From Abditibacteriaceae bacterium (GTDB lineage Bacteria; Armatimonadota; Abditibacteriia; Abditibacteriales; Abditibacteriaceae): 64,000 bases of DNA. Under the pieces are notes generated by a model. It saw only the letters and a list, made by a program, of their open reading frames with translations. It was not told the origin of the DNA and ran no database searches. The stretch spans positions 448,001 through 512,000 of the forward strand of contig OZ255721.1 in the NCBI GenBank assembly GCA_965277285.1, written 5' to 3'. Numbering within the stretch: the first letter of the stretch is position 1; each line of letters begins with the position of its first letter. The position numbers were made by a program, and so were the translations under genes. Below, in pieces: positions 1 to 9,704 of the stretch.

Positions 1-1340
1 TCGCGCGCGATTATGCGCGCGGCATCGTTGACATCACGACGCGCCAGACGTTTCAAATGCACTGGCTGACCATCGAGCAGGCGCCCGACATTATGGATCG
101 TTTGGCAACCGTCGATTTGGGCGTCAAAGTGGGCTTGTTCGGCGCGTGCGGCGACATTTGCCGCAACATTATTTCCAGCCCTCTGGCCGGATTGGAAGCC
201 GACGAAGCGATTGATGTTTACGAGTTCGCCTCGCACGCCAACAAGTATTTTGCGATGCACAAAGATTATGCCGACTTGCCGCGCAAGTTCAAGATCGGCG
301 TTTTCGGGCGCCGCGATGGTGGCCAGGTCGAAATCAACGATCTGTCGTTTTATGGCGTCAAGCACGCCGATGGCGAGGCTGGTTACGGAGTTATCGCGGG
401 CGGCGGCCTGAGTACCGAGCCGCACCTCGCGCAAGATTTGAACGTGTTCGTCAAGCCCGAACAAGCGCTCGAAGTGATGGAAGCGATTGTGCGCATTTTC
501 CGCGATCACGGTTATCGCAAAAACCGCAAGCACGCGCGCTTCAAGTATTTGATGGCCGATTGGGGCGCACAGAAAGTACGCGAAGAAGCTGAAAAAATCG
601 TCGGTTACAAATTGATGGACGGCGAACCTCAGCCGCGTGCCAAAGGTTACGAAGACCGATTGGGCGTTTTTCCGCAAAAGCAAGAAGGTTTCAGTTTCAT
701 CGGCGTGACGGTCTTGACCGGACGCTTGACGACCGATCAATTGAACACGATTGCCGACATCGCGCAAGAGTTCGGCAGCGGCGATGTTCGCCTGACGGTG
801 ATGCAGAACTTGCTGATTCCAAACGTGAAGAACGAAAACGTGAATCGAGTACTCGAATGCTTGAGCGCGATTGGTTTGCCAGTTGAAACGACGGCGTTGC
901 GCAAGGGAATTGTGGCTTGCACGGGCATCGAGTTTTGCAACCTGGCGGTTGTCGAAACCAAAGAGCGCGCCAAAACCATCGTCAACTTATTGGACAGCGA
1001 AGTGAAGTGGAGCGAAAGCGAGTTCTTTCGCGTGAACGTGAACGGCTGCCCTAATTCGTGCGGTCAGCATTGGATTGCGGACGTTGGCTTGCAAGGTTGT
1101 ACCAAGAAAGTCGACGGCCAACTGGTTGAACATTTCGATGTCTTTTTAGGCGGCGGTTTGGGCGATCACGCGAGTGGCGGCGCGCGTTTTAACAAGCGCG
1201 TGAAAAGAATCACAGCGGAAGAAGTTCCGGCTGCGATTAACAAAGCAATTGAGAGTTATCGCGGTCAAAAGCAGGGCGAAGAATCGTTCGCTGATTTCTG
1301 CGCGCGTCACAGCGAAGAAGAATTGGCCGAAATGCTTTAA
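1..1340 (+). CDS. Ferredoxin-dependent nitrite/sulfite reductase (NirA/SirA type), 5' end outside window
   Basis: Open frame from window edge (DITTRQTFQ); GDICRNI, LPRKFKI, siroheme/4Fe-4S ligands ACTGIEFC and NGCPNSCG. Confidence 0.9.
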   Translation, partial: ARDYARGIVDITTRQTFQMHWLTIEQAPDIMDRLATVDLGVKVGLFGACGDICRNIISSPLAGLEADEAIDVYEFASHANKYFAMHKDYADLPRKFKIGVFGRRDGGQVEINDLSFYGVKHADGEAGYGVIAGGGLSTEPHLAQDLNVFVKPEQALEVMEAIVRIFRDHGYRKNRKHARFKYLMADWGAQKVREEAEKIVGYKLMDGEPQPRAKGYEDRLGVFPQKQEGFSFIGVTVLTGRLTTDQLNTIADIAQEFGSGDVRLTVMQNLLIPNVKNENVNRVLECLSAIGLPVETTALRKGIVACTGIEFCNLAVVETKERAKTIVNLLDSEVKWSESEFFRVNVNGCPNSCGQHWIADVGLQGCTKKVDGQLVEHFDVFLGGGLGDHASGGARFNKRVKRITAEEVPAAINKAIESYRGQKQGEESFADFCARHSEEELAEML

Positions 1341-1353
1341 TCAAAGCACAACT

Positions 1354-1421
1354 CAACGAACCCGAAACGTGAGCGAGGGAGATGTACAAATTAATCTCTC
1401 GCAAATGCTTCGGGTTCGTTG
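1354..1421. repeat. REP-like hairpin family A, degenerate copy
   Basis: CAACGAACCCGAAACGTGAGCGAGGGAGA ... TCTCTCGCAAATGCTTCGGGTTCGTTG, directly after the reductase stop. Confidence 0.65.
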
Positions 1422-1471
1422 TTTCGGCTCTTGTTTTAAGTTGTGGCGCGGCGTGATAGAATTAGGTCACT

Positions 1472-1693
1472 ATGTTTATTGTCTTCGGCACCAAGTTTTT
1501 CGTCTGGGGTTCGGAATTGACGGCACAGGCGATGCGCTGCGGGCAATGTGGCACGACGGCGCAATTTATCTTGAAAAAGGGAATGCGTTTCATCACGATC
1601 TTCTTCGTGATCCCGATTTGCCCGATCAGCGGCATCAAAGAAATGACGCAATGCCCCAATTGCGGCGCGCGATACCAGTCGACCGGCGCGTAA
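1472..1693 (+). CDS. Small zinc-ribbon protein (zinc_ribbon_15-like)
   Basis: CGQC and CPNC pairs flanking hydrophobic FITIFFVIPICP. Confidence 0.8.
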   Translation: MFIVFGTKFFVWGSELTAQAMRCGQCGTTAQFILKKGMRFITIFFVIPICPISGIKEMTQCPNCGARYQSTGA

Positions 1694-1775
1694 ATCGTTG
1701 TGAATAAAGTGTCTTTGTGAGGCGTTATCGACGCGTCCAATGTCTCGTAATTCGAGTACTCGAAAGGTCAATCTT

Positions 1776-3227
1776 ATGGCGAATGTGGATGTTTCCAATC
1801 TGTCGGCGTTTATCTTCGATTTGGATGGCGTGATCTGGCGCGGCGATAAAGCTATCGAAGGCGCAGTCGAATCAATTGCGCGCTTGCAGGCGGCGGGCAA
1901 GCGTTGCACGTATTGCACCAATAACGCAAGTTCGACGCCTGCCGATTACGTCGAAAAGCTTGCTGCGATGGGCATTACGGCGGCGGAAGAAGACATTATG
2001 ACCTCGGCGTTGGCGACGGCGCTTTATCTGTCGTCGCAATTGACTGGTCAATTCTCGGCTTATGTCGTCGGCGAGGAAGGTTTGGTTTCGATTCTGCGCA
2101 AAACCGGCGCGCGCGTTGTGACGATGCAGGGCATGAATCCAATTACCAACGACATCATTGAGGACACCGCGTTTCCTGTCGATTGCGTTGTCGTGGGCAT
2201 TGACCGCTCTTTTAATTACGACAAATTGCGCCTTGCGCAGCGTTTTATTATGAACGGCGCGCGCTTCATTGCAACCAACCGCGATGCGACATTTCCAGTC
2301 GCGGACGGCGTGGTGCCGGGCGCGGGCGCGATTGTGGCCGCCATTGAAACCGCCAGCGGCGTTTCTCCTTTGACGATTGGCAAGCCGCAAGCCTTGATGC
2401 CGATGCTGCTATTGCAAAAGTTTAATTTCGCGGCGGAAACAACGGCCTTTGTCGGCGACCGCTTAAACACCGACATCGTTGCGGCGCACCGCGCAAGTAT
2501 GCCGGCTATTTTCGTAGCGACGGGAATTTCGACGCGCGAAGACGCCGAACGCGCGCGCGGACAACAAAAGCCGGACGCGATTTTCGCCGACTTGCCCGAA
2601 CTTTGTCGCAGCGTACTGGGCGCCAATCCCGCCCACGATGTCGAGAGTTTTGGCGACGAGAAATTGCCTTCGGTGGATGAAACCTTGTCGCCTGCCACCA
2701 CGAACGCCAGTGCGAAGACCAATGCTCCATCTGACATGGCCAGATCAGACGCAAACAGCAATGGCGGCGTGACGTTGCAAAATACGGAGACTTTGGACAA
2801 GGGCGTGCCTGCGTTTACGTTTCCTGATGACGCAACTGCAACATCTGAAGCTCCAGCAACATCCAGCGCGCCGCCAGAGACAACGAAAGTTGTCGAACAA
2901 GCAGCACCAATTTCGCCTTTAGCGAGTTTGCTGGAAGATGAGGAGCCCAGAGGCATCGAAGTGGAACCCTCGACTTCGCCGTTCGCGTTTTCTCTGGAAG
3001 ATGGCGCGAGTGGCGCGATTATGCCTCGCTCAGCGCCGCATCTGGCCAGCCCCGGTTTGTCAAAAGCGGATGACAAAGCGGTAAAATCAGCTGCAAATGC
3101 GAGTGCCTCCAACGAAACTGGTGATGGCGCGACAATCACGCCAGGCAGCAAAAATAAAGATATTGATGTCGGCGAAGGTCTGGATAACTGGTGGGAATCT
3201 ATCGAAGACGCCTTCAAGAAAAGCTGA
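1776..3227 (+). CDS. HAD-IIA (NagD-like) phosphatase with long acidic C-terminal tail
   Basis: FDLDGV motif I, TNN, GKP, GDRLNTDI; start placed at MANVDV. Confidence 0.85.
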   Translation: MANVDVSNLSAFIFDLDGVIWRGDKAIEGAVESIARLQAAGKRCTYCTNNASSTPADYVEKLAAMGITAAEEDIMTSALATALYLSSQLTGQFSAYVVGEEGLVSILRKTGARVVTMQGMNPITNDIIEDTAFPVDCVVVGIDRSFNYDKLRLAQRFIMNGARFIATNRDATFPVADGVVPGAGAIVAAIETASGVSPLTIGKPQALMPMLLLQKFNFAAETTAFVGDRLNTDIVAAHRASMPAIFVATGISTREDAERARGQQKPDAIFADLPELCRSVLGANPAHDVESFGDEKLPSVDETLSPATTNASAKTNAPSDMARSDANSNGGVTLQNTETLDKGVPAFTFPDDATATSEAPATSSAPPETTKVVEQAAPISPLASLLEDEEPRGIEVEPSTSPFAFSLEDGASGAIMPRSAPHLASPGLSKADDKAVKSAANASASNETGDGATITPGSKNKDIDVGEGLDNWWESIEDAFKKS

Positions 3228-3343
3228 GTGGCGAAGGCGAAATAAAAACGATGGAGCTGGAAGCCTAAATTTCCGGCTCTCGTTTTTTTGTCACACGACT
3301 TTCCATACTACGACTGTCAACTTTTATCTTCTTTTAACTTTTT

Positions 3344-4450
3344 GTGACTTCTTCCTCATCCGTTCCTGTGGCCTCGCCGCTTTCTCCTGCGAACGAATGG
3401 GCGCCGACGGTTTTTCAATCGCCGCCTTATCTCGATAATTACCGACGTTTTTTCGGTGCTGGAAAAACTTTTCACGCCTTGGAAGCGGATGGCGCGCGCG
3501 CCTGGCTGATGACGCGCGGACGCACCTTGAAGCGTTTGGAATGGTGGGGCGCTGGCATTCACGACATCGGTGCGGCATCGAGTACTCGATGCGAAGGCTG
3601 GGACGTTTTGTGGCGCGAAATTGAAGCATTATCATCGCGCCACGACATGACGCAACTGGCGCAAATCGAGGCATCTTCGCCGCTCGTCGAACTATCGCAA
3701 AAGTCGGGTTGGCACGTTTCACCAGCCGAAAAATGTCCGCTTCTCACGCTGCCATCGTCGTGGAACGAATATGTCTCGTCGCTGCCCAAAAACATGCGCG
3801 AGCAGATCAAGCGCTATCCGAAGAAATTGGAGCGCGCCTTTGAAGTGACGTATCATCTGGCACAGAACGACACGGAGCTGCAAAGCGGTTTGGACGAATT
3901 GTTGCGCCTGCATGGAAAACGCTGGCGCGCGCGAGGACAAACCGGAGTTCTGGTTTTGCCGCGTCGCCAAAAGTTTCAGCGCGCTTTGTGCCACGATTTT
4001 CTGCAACGCGACTGGCTGCGCTTGTGGACTTTGAAGTGCGATGGAAAAGCCGTCAGCGTGCTGCTATTCTATTTTTACAACGGGCGATATTCGTATTTCA
4101 TCGGCGGCTTCGAACCGGAAATGAGCAAGTGGAGCGTCGGAACATGCTTGTTTGCTCGCGTCATCCAAAGCGCAATTGAAGAAGGCGCGCGAGACATCGA
4201 TTTTCTCAAAGGCGAGGAATCGTATAAGTATCGGCTGGGCGCCACCAACCGCGAATACGTCACGCTCGAATCGTTTCGACACGGCGTGCGCGGTCGCTTG
4301 ATGCAAAGCCGCACCGCTCTGGAAAAAGCCTTTATGCACCGCTTGCACGAACGCTTCGGCGCTGCTCACGCGAACGTTTCCCCGAAATCGCATACGCCAA
4401 AGCTGCGCGATGAAACGTCGTCGAACAATTCACATGGGAACGAATCCTGA
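3344..4450 (+). CDS. GNAT acetyltransferase (CelD/BcsL, Acetyltransf_6 type)
   Basis: SWNEYVSSLPKNMR, SVGTCLF, IDFLKGEESYKYRLG pattern; start uncertain. Confidence 0.8.
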   Translation: MTSSSSVPVASPLSPANEWAPTVFQSPPYLDNYRRFFGAGKTFHALEADGARAWLMTRGRTLKRLEWWGAGIHDIGAASSTRCEGWDVLWREIEALSSRHDMTQLAQIEASSPLVELSQKSGWHVSPAEKCPLLTLPSSWNEYVSSLPKNMREQIKRYPKKLERAFEVTYHLAQNDTELQSGLDELLRLHGKRWRARGQTGVLVLPRRQKFQRALCHDFLQRDWLRLWTLKCDGKAVSVLLFYFYNGRYSYFIGGFEPEMSKWSVGTCLFARVIQSAIEEGARDIDFLKGEESYKYRLGATNREYVTLESFRHGVRGRLMQSRTALEKAFMHRLHERFGAAHANVSPKSHTPKLRDETSSNNSHGNES

Positions 4451-4564
4451 CGCCACGCGATAAATGTCGCAAGTGCCGTTGTGGTTTTTACACCGAGTTG
4501 GATCGAATAGTGGCATTGAAAGTGGAAAAGGTGATAGCTAAGGTGATAGCTGAAGCGATCTGGT

Positions 4565-4655
4565 TTAACGAACTCAGAGCGTGAGCGACGGGCTGAACTC
4601 AACAGTTCGATGCAATTGTGAGTTCAACCCGTCGCTCACGCTCTGGGTTCGTTAA
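4565..4655. repeat. REP-like hairpin family A
   Basis: TTAACGAACTCAGAGCGTGAGCGACGGG ... CCCGTCGCTCACGCTCTGGGTTCGTTAA. Confidence 0.85.
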
Positions 4656-4797
4656 CTTGATTCCCCATCGCCCTTTTCCAATAGAAAAATTTCTGGTCAA
4701 GGACGCAGGAAGTTGATAATCGAGTACTCGATTGTGGCGAACCAAAGCCGCTGTGCGGAGTTGTCTGTATGATCTGTTCCTTTTGGGGTCGACCGTA

Positions 4798-6051
4798 ATG
4801 CGCAAATTGTCTGGATATTTTTTGCTGTTGTTCCTTTTGACGAACGTTCTTTTGATGAATGCTGTTCACGCTCAAAGTTTGGTTGGTTTTTCTTCAATTG
4901 GCAGCATGACGGCGACGCGGGTCAACGCGCGCATGGCAGCGATTTTTGGCGCGTCCACTTTGCCTTTAGCGACGAGCGACATCGAGTTTTTCAAGGTGTT
5001 GTATCGCTCGCATGATGACAAAGGGCGCAGCGTTGTTTTAAGCAGTTTGGTGATGTTGCCGCGCGGCGGAGCACCCAAAGGATTGGTTCTCTACAATCAT
5101 GGTACGACCGCCGACCGCAATATGTCGCCGTCGCGTTTTATAGGTCAGGCCAATGGCTCCGAAACGGAATTGGTGGCGTTGACTTTTGCGTCAGGTGGAT
5201 ACGCCGTCGCGTTGCCGGATTATCAGGGTTTGGGCGACGACATGAACGCTCATCCTTTTCCCCTGGGGAAAATCAACGGTCGCGCCGCCATTGGTTTGAT
5301 CGTTCCGGCGCGCCGCCTGGCATTCGAGCGCAAAATCGAAGTCGGTGCGCGACTTTTCGTGACAGGCTATTCGGAAGGCGGCGGCGTGGCGATGTGGGCG
5401 GTGCGCCAATTGGAAAAGAACTCGGGCAAGGCGGGGCGCGTTTTTAGCGCGGCTCCGATGGCTGGGCCGTATGATCTTTCGGGTGCGACGCGCCAATCGA
5501 TGCTGTCGCAACCCGCGACGGTTGAACAATTCACGCCGCGCCTTTATTTATTGGCGTACTCGATTGATTATTTTCATCGAAATCGCGGCGTGCGCCTAGT
5601 CAATTATTTCAAGCCCTTGATGGCAGCGACAGTCAACAGCGTTTTTCAGCAGAAATTGTCGGACGCCGATATTATCAAGTGCTTGGTCTTTGCGGCGACG
5701 TTGATGCACGCTCAAAACAACATGGATCGAGTACTCAATCCGCGGTTTCTCAAGGCGTTGCGCCTGATCGATACGCGCGATCCGGTAATTCGTGAATTAA
5801 AAAGTAACGATTGCGCCGATTGGACGCCACACACCAAAATGTTGCTCATTTGCCTGAACAACGATCAGGTCGTTGCGGCGTCCAATACACAAAAAGCGCT
5901 GCGGAAGATGCGAGCGCGTGGCGTCGGCGCCGACGTGGTGCGTCAAAGCGTCATCGTGGACAACAAACTTAATCATATAACAGCGGTTGTGCCATCGTTT
6001 CTGCGAGCGCGTCGCTTCTTCGATGTCGGTTTCGATAATCTCGCTCACTGA
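4798..6051 (+). CDS. Secreted alpha/beta hydrolase (secretory lipase-like)
   Basis: Signal peptide ending VHA; HGT oxyanion motif, PDYQGLG, nucleophile GYSEGG, AGPYDL. Confidence 0.8.
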   Translation: MRKLSGYFLLLFLLTNVLLMNAVHAQSLVGFSSIGSMTATRVNARMAAIFGASTLPLATSDIEFFKVLYRSHDDKGRSVVLSSLVMLPRGGAPKGLVLYNHGTTADRNMSPSRFIGQANGSETELVALTFASGGYAVALPDYQGLGDDMNAHPFPLGKINGRAAIGLIVPARRLAFERKIEVGARLFVTGYSEGGGVAMWAVRQLEKNSGKAGRVFSAAPMAGPYDLSGATRQSMLSQPATVEQFTPRLYLLAYSIDYFHRNRGVRLVNYFKPLMAATVNSVFQQKLSDADIIKCLVFAATLMHAQNNMDRVLNPRFLKALRLIDTRDPVIRELKSNDCADWTPHTKMLLICLNNDQVVAASNTQKALRKMRARGVGADVVRQSVIVDNKLNHITAVVPSFLRARRFFDVGFDNLAH

Positions 6052-6163
6052 CGCCACCACTGAAGCGTTGCCATTATATGGACGAAAATGACGTGTTATT
6101 AAGCAGAAACGCCGTGCTTCTTCATATGGAGAAGCACGGCGTTTCGAGTACTCGAAAAGGGAT

Positions 6164-6790
6164 TTATGAAAGAGCGGCGCGACGATTGAAAAGTCCGCGC
6201 ACTTGTCCGACGGCTTTGCGCGCTTTAAGAACAAGGCGCCACAAAATGAAAGCGATGACGAGCAAAGCAATTGGCACCAGCCAGGGAACTTTCAAGCCGA
6301 TTGTGGTCAAGCCGATGGCGGCGAAGTCTTCCAGCGTCGATAAAATCGGGTTCCCCAGACCGAAGGTTGTGGTCGTGGAGGCAGCGCGCGTTCCGGCTTT
6401 AGCAGCATGAAAGCCAAAGGCAATCGGCGCGCCCATCACGATGCCGGCGATGGCTGTCATTGCGGGATCGCCGTGCCAGACTGAAGCCGCAGCAAAAGCG
6501 CCAACCGCCGGACGCGCCACGGTTCCAACCGTGTCCAGCGCATGATCGACAATCGGAACTTTGTCGCCGACAATTTCGGCCAGCGCCGCCAAACCTAAAG
6601 CCGTCAACGCTCCGGTCGAAGCGATCCAATTAAATTGGCCATTCAAAACGCTTTTTGTGTCGACAAAACCGAAATGCGCGGCTGCCGCCAGCATCAACAG
6701 CGGCAAGAATGTGTTTAATCCGGTCGAGGCGGCCAGCGCCAATCCCAGAAAAACCGAGTACAAAGTTGTTGTTTCCAAGATGTCCTCCAC
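6164..6790 (-). CDS. DUF4126 family membrane protein
   Basis: GLALAASTGLN, EIVGDKVPIVDHALD, NPILSTLED; several hydrophobic helices. Confidence 0.8.
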   Translation of the reverse strand: MEDILETTTLYSVFLGLALAASTGLNTFLPLLMLAAAAHFGFVDTKSVLNGQFNWIASTGALTALGLAALAEIVGDKVPIVDHALDTVGTVARPAVGAFAAASVWHGDPAMTAIAGIVMGAPIAFGFHAAKAGTRAASTTTTFGLGNPILSTLEDFAAIGLTTIGLKVPWLVPIALLVIAFILWRLVLKARKAVGQVRGLFNRRAALS

Positions 6791-6900
6791 GCTTCCGTTG
6801 GCGTCTCGATATTCAATTCGAGTACTCGAAAGCCTTGCGAAAATCGTCCGAACGACGAAATCGCCAGCCTCAGGTTGCTTTTCTCTTGAGCGATAAGATG

Positions 6901-7341
6901 TTAAAGCAAGCGCAAACGCGGTCGTTCTTCTGGCGCTTCCTCTGCTTCCTCAGATGGCGGCGTGTCATCGGTCGCCATCGTTTCTTCCGTTACAACTTCG
7001 GTTACGGTTTCGTTGGGCGTTGCTGTTTCATCTTCGTCGCGCACCAGGCCAAGAGCGGGCCGTTTGGTTTGTGTAGAGCCGCTCAAGGATAATCGCGGAA
7101 GTTCTATATTAGAGTTGGAGTCGGTTGTCACGGGTTCGAGATGTTCGGTCAACACGTTGACAAGCGGCGGCAAATCGTCGGTTTGCGTGTAACCTTGCTC
7201 TTGCCAGTTGATAAGAACCGTGGTGCAGTTGGCCGGAACGTTGGCTGCTGAAGGCATCACCATGCCTTGCAAGCCAACCAGAGAAATTCCCGGGCGCAAC
7301 ATGGTTCGCCCACCGATAAGAACTTTATCGCCGATGTTCAT
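6901..7341 (-). CDS. Hypothetical protein (small beta-rich N-domain plus acidic tail)
   Basis: ATG overlaps stop of upstream ORF (ATGA); acidic Thr/Glu tail ending RPRLRLL. Confidence 0.6.
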   Translation of the reverse strand: MNIGDKVLIGGRTMLRPGISLVGLQGMVMPSAANVPANCTTVLINWQEQGYTQTDDLPPLVNVLTEHLEPVTTDSNSNIELPRLSLSGSTQTKRPALGLVRDEDETATPNETVTEVVTEETMATDDTPPSEEAEEAPEERPRLRLL

Positions 7342-7943
7342 GAGGATGTCGCCTGTGAAGAATCTACTTCAGCCGCAGTGTCAACTAAAGTGTCGCCGGA
7401 AGTTTTTTTGCGGCGCGGCTTTGACGTTTTTGCTTCGGTTATTTTGGTGGATTTGCTCGCTTCTGTCATTTCTATCAGTGCCATTGTTTCGGCGGAAGTT
7501 GGCGAGTTGGCGGCATTTTGCTGAGCCAGTTGCTTGTCCGCCTGTTCTTCCTGACGCTCTTCTTCTTCTTGCTCCGCAAAAATGCGCAGTTCGGCAGGCG
7601 AGATAATTTCCGAGAGCGGAACTTCCGCCAAAGCGAGCGGGTTGGCTTCGTTGTGATCGTCGGCGCCGTCTAATCGCTTGCCGAAGATCGAGTACTCGCG
7701 GGAGCGGCGGTCGAACATGCGGCGCTCTTCCCAATGTCCGCGCAAGCCTTCGCGTCGGTCGTCGTTCTGCCGACGTTCGCCTTTGCGCCTCTCGACACCA
7801 AATGGCGCGCCCTCGACAGGTACGGGAATCGTGGGCAGCGATTGTTCTGTTGGCGGCGTCGTAGCTAATGGCTCCGGCAAAACGTAATCCGTCAGGACGT
7901 TATCTTCGATCACATATTTAATTGGTTTTGATTTTTTGGGCAT
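7338..7943 (-). CDS. Hypothetical low-complexity protein
   Basis: Start placed at MPKKSK; ERRKGERRQNDDRR repeats; coupled to downstream ORF. Confidence 0.55.
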   Translation of the reverse strand: MPKKSKPIKYVIEDNVLTDYVLPEPLATTPPTEQSLPTIPVPVEGAPFGVERRKGERRQNDDRREGLRGHWEERRMFDRRSREYSIFGKRLDGADDHNEANPLALAEVPLSEIISPAELRIFAEQEEEERQEEQADKQLAQQNAANSPTSAETMALIEMTEASKSTKITEAKTSKPRRKKTSGDTLVDTAAEVDSSQATSS

Positions 7944-8341
7944 AATGAAAAAGGGAAATTCTTTTATAACTGAATTCGTTTTAGATGTGTTTTTGTGCAA
8001 TGACCGCATTTGTAGTTGTGGCGCGGCACAATGGTCGCCAATTGCACAAAAGTTGCCAATCGCAGCAGTTGTCATTGATTATGTTACAAATAGAGAAAAG
8101 TATTCAAGCCGATTTCGCCTCTTTTATATGTTGTCCTGATACCATTTATGCCGCACAAACATTGGCGGCGCCCAAACTTCTGAGTTTGAAAACGAAGAAA
8201 AGAAAACTACATCGGTTCGATTTTGCTGGCTGCTTCGCCGTAGATTTTCGGTCCCGCCGATAAGTCCAAATTCCAAGGCTGTCGTTGCTGGAGGCTGTCG
8301 TTGTCGCTCCTGCGCATCGCAATAACGAAGAGAAGTTAATG

Positions 8342-8356
8342 TGGCACGCAAAATGC
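8342..8356 (+). promoter_or_regulatory. Sigma54-type -24/-12 promoter
   Basis: TGGCACGCAAAATGC fits TGGCACG-N4-TTGC with correct GG-N10-GC spacing, upstream of AGGAGG and ATG 8391. Confidence 0.65.
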
Positions 8357-8390
8357 CTGCCAATAAAGTTATTGTACAGGAGGTGCGCTC

Positions 8391-8471
8391 ATGAAGTACC
8401 TTGTTGCGTGGCTGCTGGGAGTTCCCGGTGTGATCATTGTCGGATGGTTTGTTCTCAGTCACCTGCACTAA
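8391..8471 (+). CDS. 26-aa membrane microprotein MKYLVAWLLGVPGVIIVGWFVLSHLH (not in ORF track)
   Basis: AGGAGG SD 7 nt before ATG, one hydrophobic helix, terminator starts right after TAA. Confidence 0.75.
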   Translation: MKYLVAWLLGVPGVIIVGWFVLSHLH

Positions 8472-8516
8472 CAAAGAAACAGCGAGTACTCATTTCGAGT
8501 ACTCGCTGTTTCTTTG
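8472..8516. terminator. Bidirectional terminator built on two GAGTACTC cores
   Basis: Perfect 20-bp stem CAAAGAAACAGCGAGTACTC / GAGTACTCGCTGTTTCTTTG, 5-nt loop, between convergent genes. Confidence 0.85.
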
Positions 8517-8531
8517 GCTTATGCGACTGAA

Positions 8532-8762
8532 TTAGCGACGGCGATAGCTGCTGTAACCAGCCTGCTGACGTTGACGCATTTGGCGCAAATGTTTCTTGTG
8601 GTAATGGTGATAAACCAGGTAGCCACCAGCGGCGGTCAAAAACGGGTGACGGCGAATGAATCCGCGCGCCTGAACCGGCTGTGTTCCCAAGCCACCGAAA
8701 GTTCCCGCTGACAGCGCGACCAACGTTCCGAGCGCGATAAGGGTATTGCTCTGCTTCTTCAT
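8532..8762 (-). CDS. Small secreted His/Arg-rich peptide
   Basis: GAGG SD, signal peptide ending VQA, cationic mature part. Confidence 0.7.
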   Translation of the reverse strand: MKKQSNTLIALGTLVALSAGTFGGLGTQPVQARGFIRRHPFLTAAGGYLVYHHYHKKHLRQMRQRQQAGYSSYRRR

Positions 8763-8895
8763 GTGCGTAACCTCGCAAACAGTTTTTGTAGCTGACCTTT
8801 AACGTTCGCACTCGCTTTATGTCACGACAAATTGTGTCACCACAACTTGCATCACGACATATCGAGTACTCGAAAGGGCAGCGACCAACCGCTTT

Positions 8896-8910
8896 GCAGC
8901 ATTCGTGCCA
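8896..8910 (-). promoter_or_regulatory. Sigma54-type -24/-12 promoter
   Basis: Minus strand reads TGGCACGAATGCTGC(A), upstream of ORF 8762-8532. Confidence 0.6.
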
Positions 8911-8963
8911 AGCTATGCCAAGCCTTTTATTGACAGGCAAATTCCGTTTAACTTCAAGCCCTT

Positions 8964-9644
8964 ATGAAAAACAAAATCGAAGACAAATTCGTTCCTTTAA
9001 CGCAGCCTCTTTACGATTATTTGTTGGAAAAGCGCAGCGATGCGCACGACGAACTTTTAATCGAACTGCGACGCGAAACCGCAGCGCTTGGCGACGACAT
9101 CAGCGGCCTGCAAATCGGGCCAGAACAAGGCACCTTTTTGACACTTCTGGCAGGCGTGACAGGTGCGCGACGCGCTCTGGAAATCGGCACTTTCACCGGA
9201 TTTAGCGCTCTGTGCATCGCGCGCGGCTTGCAAAATGGCGCGACCTTGACGTGCTTAGACAAGAACGGCGAATGGACGCAGATCGCGCAAAAGTTCTGGC
9301 AGCGCGCCGGTGTCGCCGACCGCATTCAATTGCGTTTGGGTGATGCGCGTGAGACTTTGCAAACTCTGGTGAATGAAGGCGGCGAGCCGTTCGACTTCGC
9401 TTTTATCGACGCCGACAAAAGCGGTTACGAAGGATATTTTGAAACCCTCGCGCCACATCTCGCGCCAAACGCGCTGGTCATTTTCGACAATATGCTGCGT
9501 AACGGGCGCGTGGTGCAACGACCTTTGACGGACGCGGACGACATTGCCATTGACGCGCTGAATACCAAACTGGCGAACGATCCGCGCGTGGAAACCGTGC
9601 TGCTGCCCGTCGGCGACGGCTTGCTGATGTGTCGCATGAAATGA
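8964..9644 (+). CDS. Class I SAM-dependent O-methyltransferase (Methyltransf_3, CCoAOMT-like)
   Basis: LEIGTFTGFS, FDFAFIDADK, FDNML, LPVGDGL. Confidence 0.9.
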   Translation: MKNKIEDKFVPLTQPLYDYLLEKRSDAHDELLIELRRETAALGDDISGLQIGPEQGTFLTLLAGVTGARRALEIGTFTGFSALCIARGLQNGATLTCLDKNGEWTQIAQKFWQRAGVADRIQLRLGDARETLQTLVNEGGEPFDFAFIDADKSGYEGYFETLAPHLAPNALVIFDNMLRNGRVVQRPLTDADDIAIDALNTKLANDPRVETVLLPVGDGLLMCRMK

Positions 9645-9655
9645 CAGTTGAAAGA

Positions 9656-9704
9656 CAAAAACAAAGAACGAGTACTCGAATTGAGTACTCGTTCTTTGTT
9701 TTTG
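9656..9704. terminator. Bidirectional terminator with paired GAGTACTC cores
   Basis: Perfect 22-bp stem, loop GAATT, between convergent genes. Confidence 0.85.
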
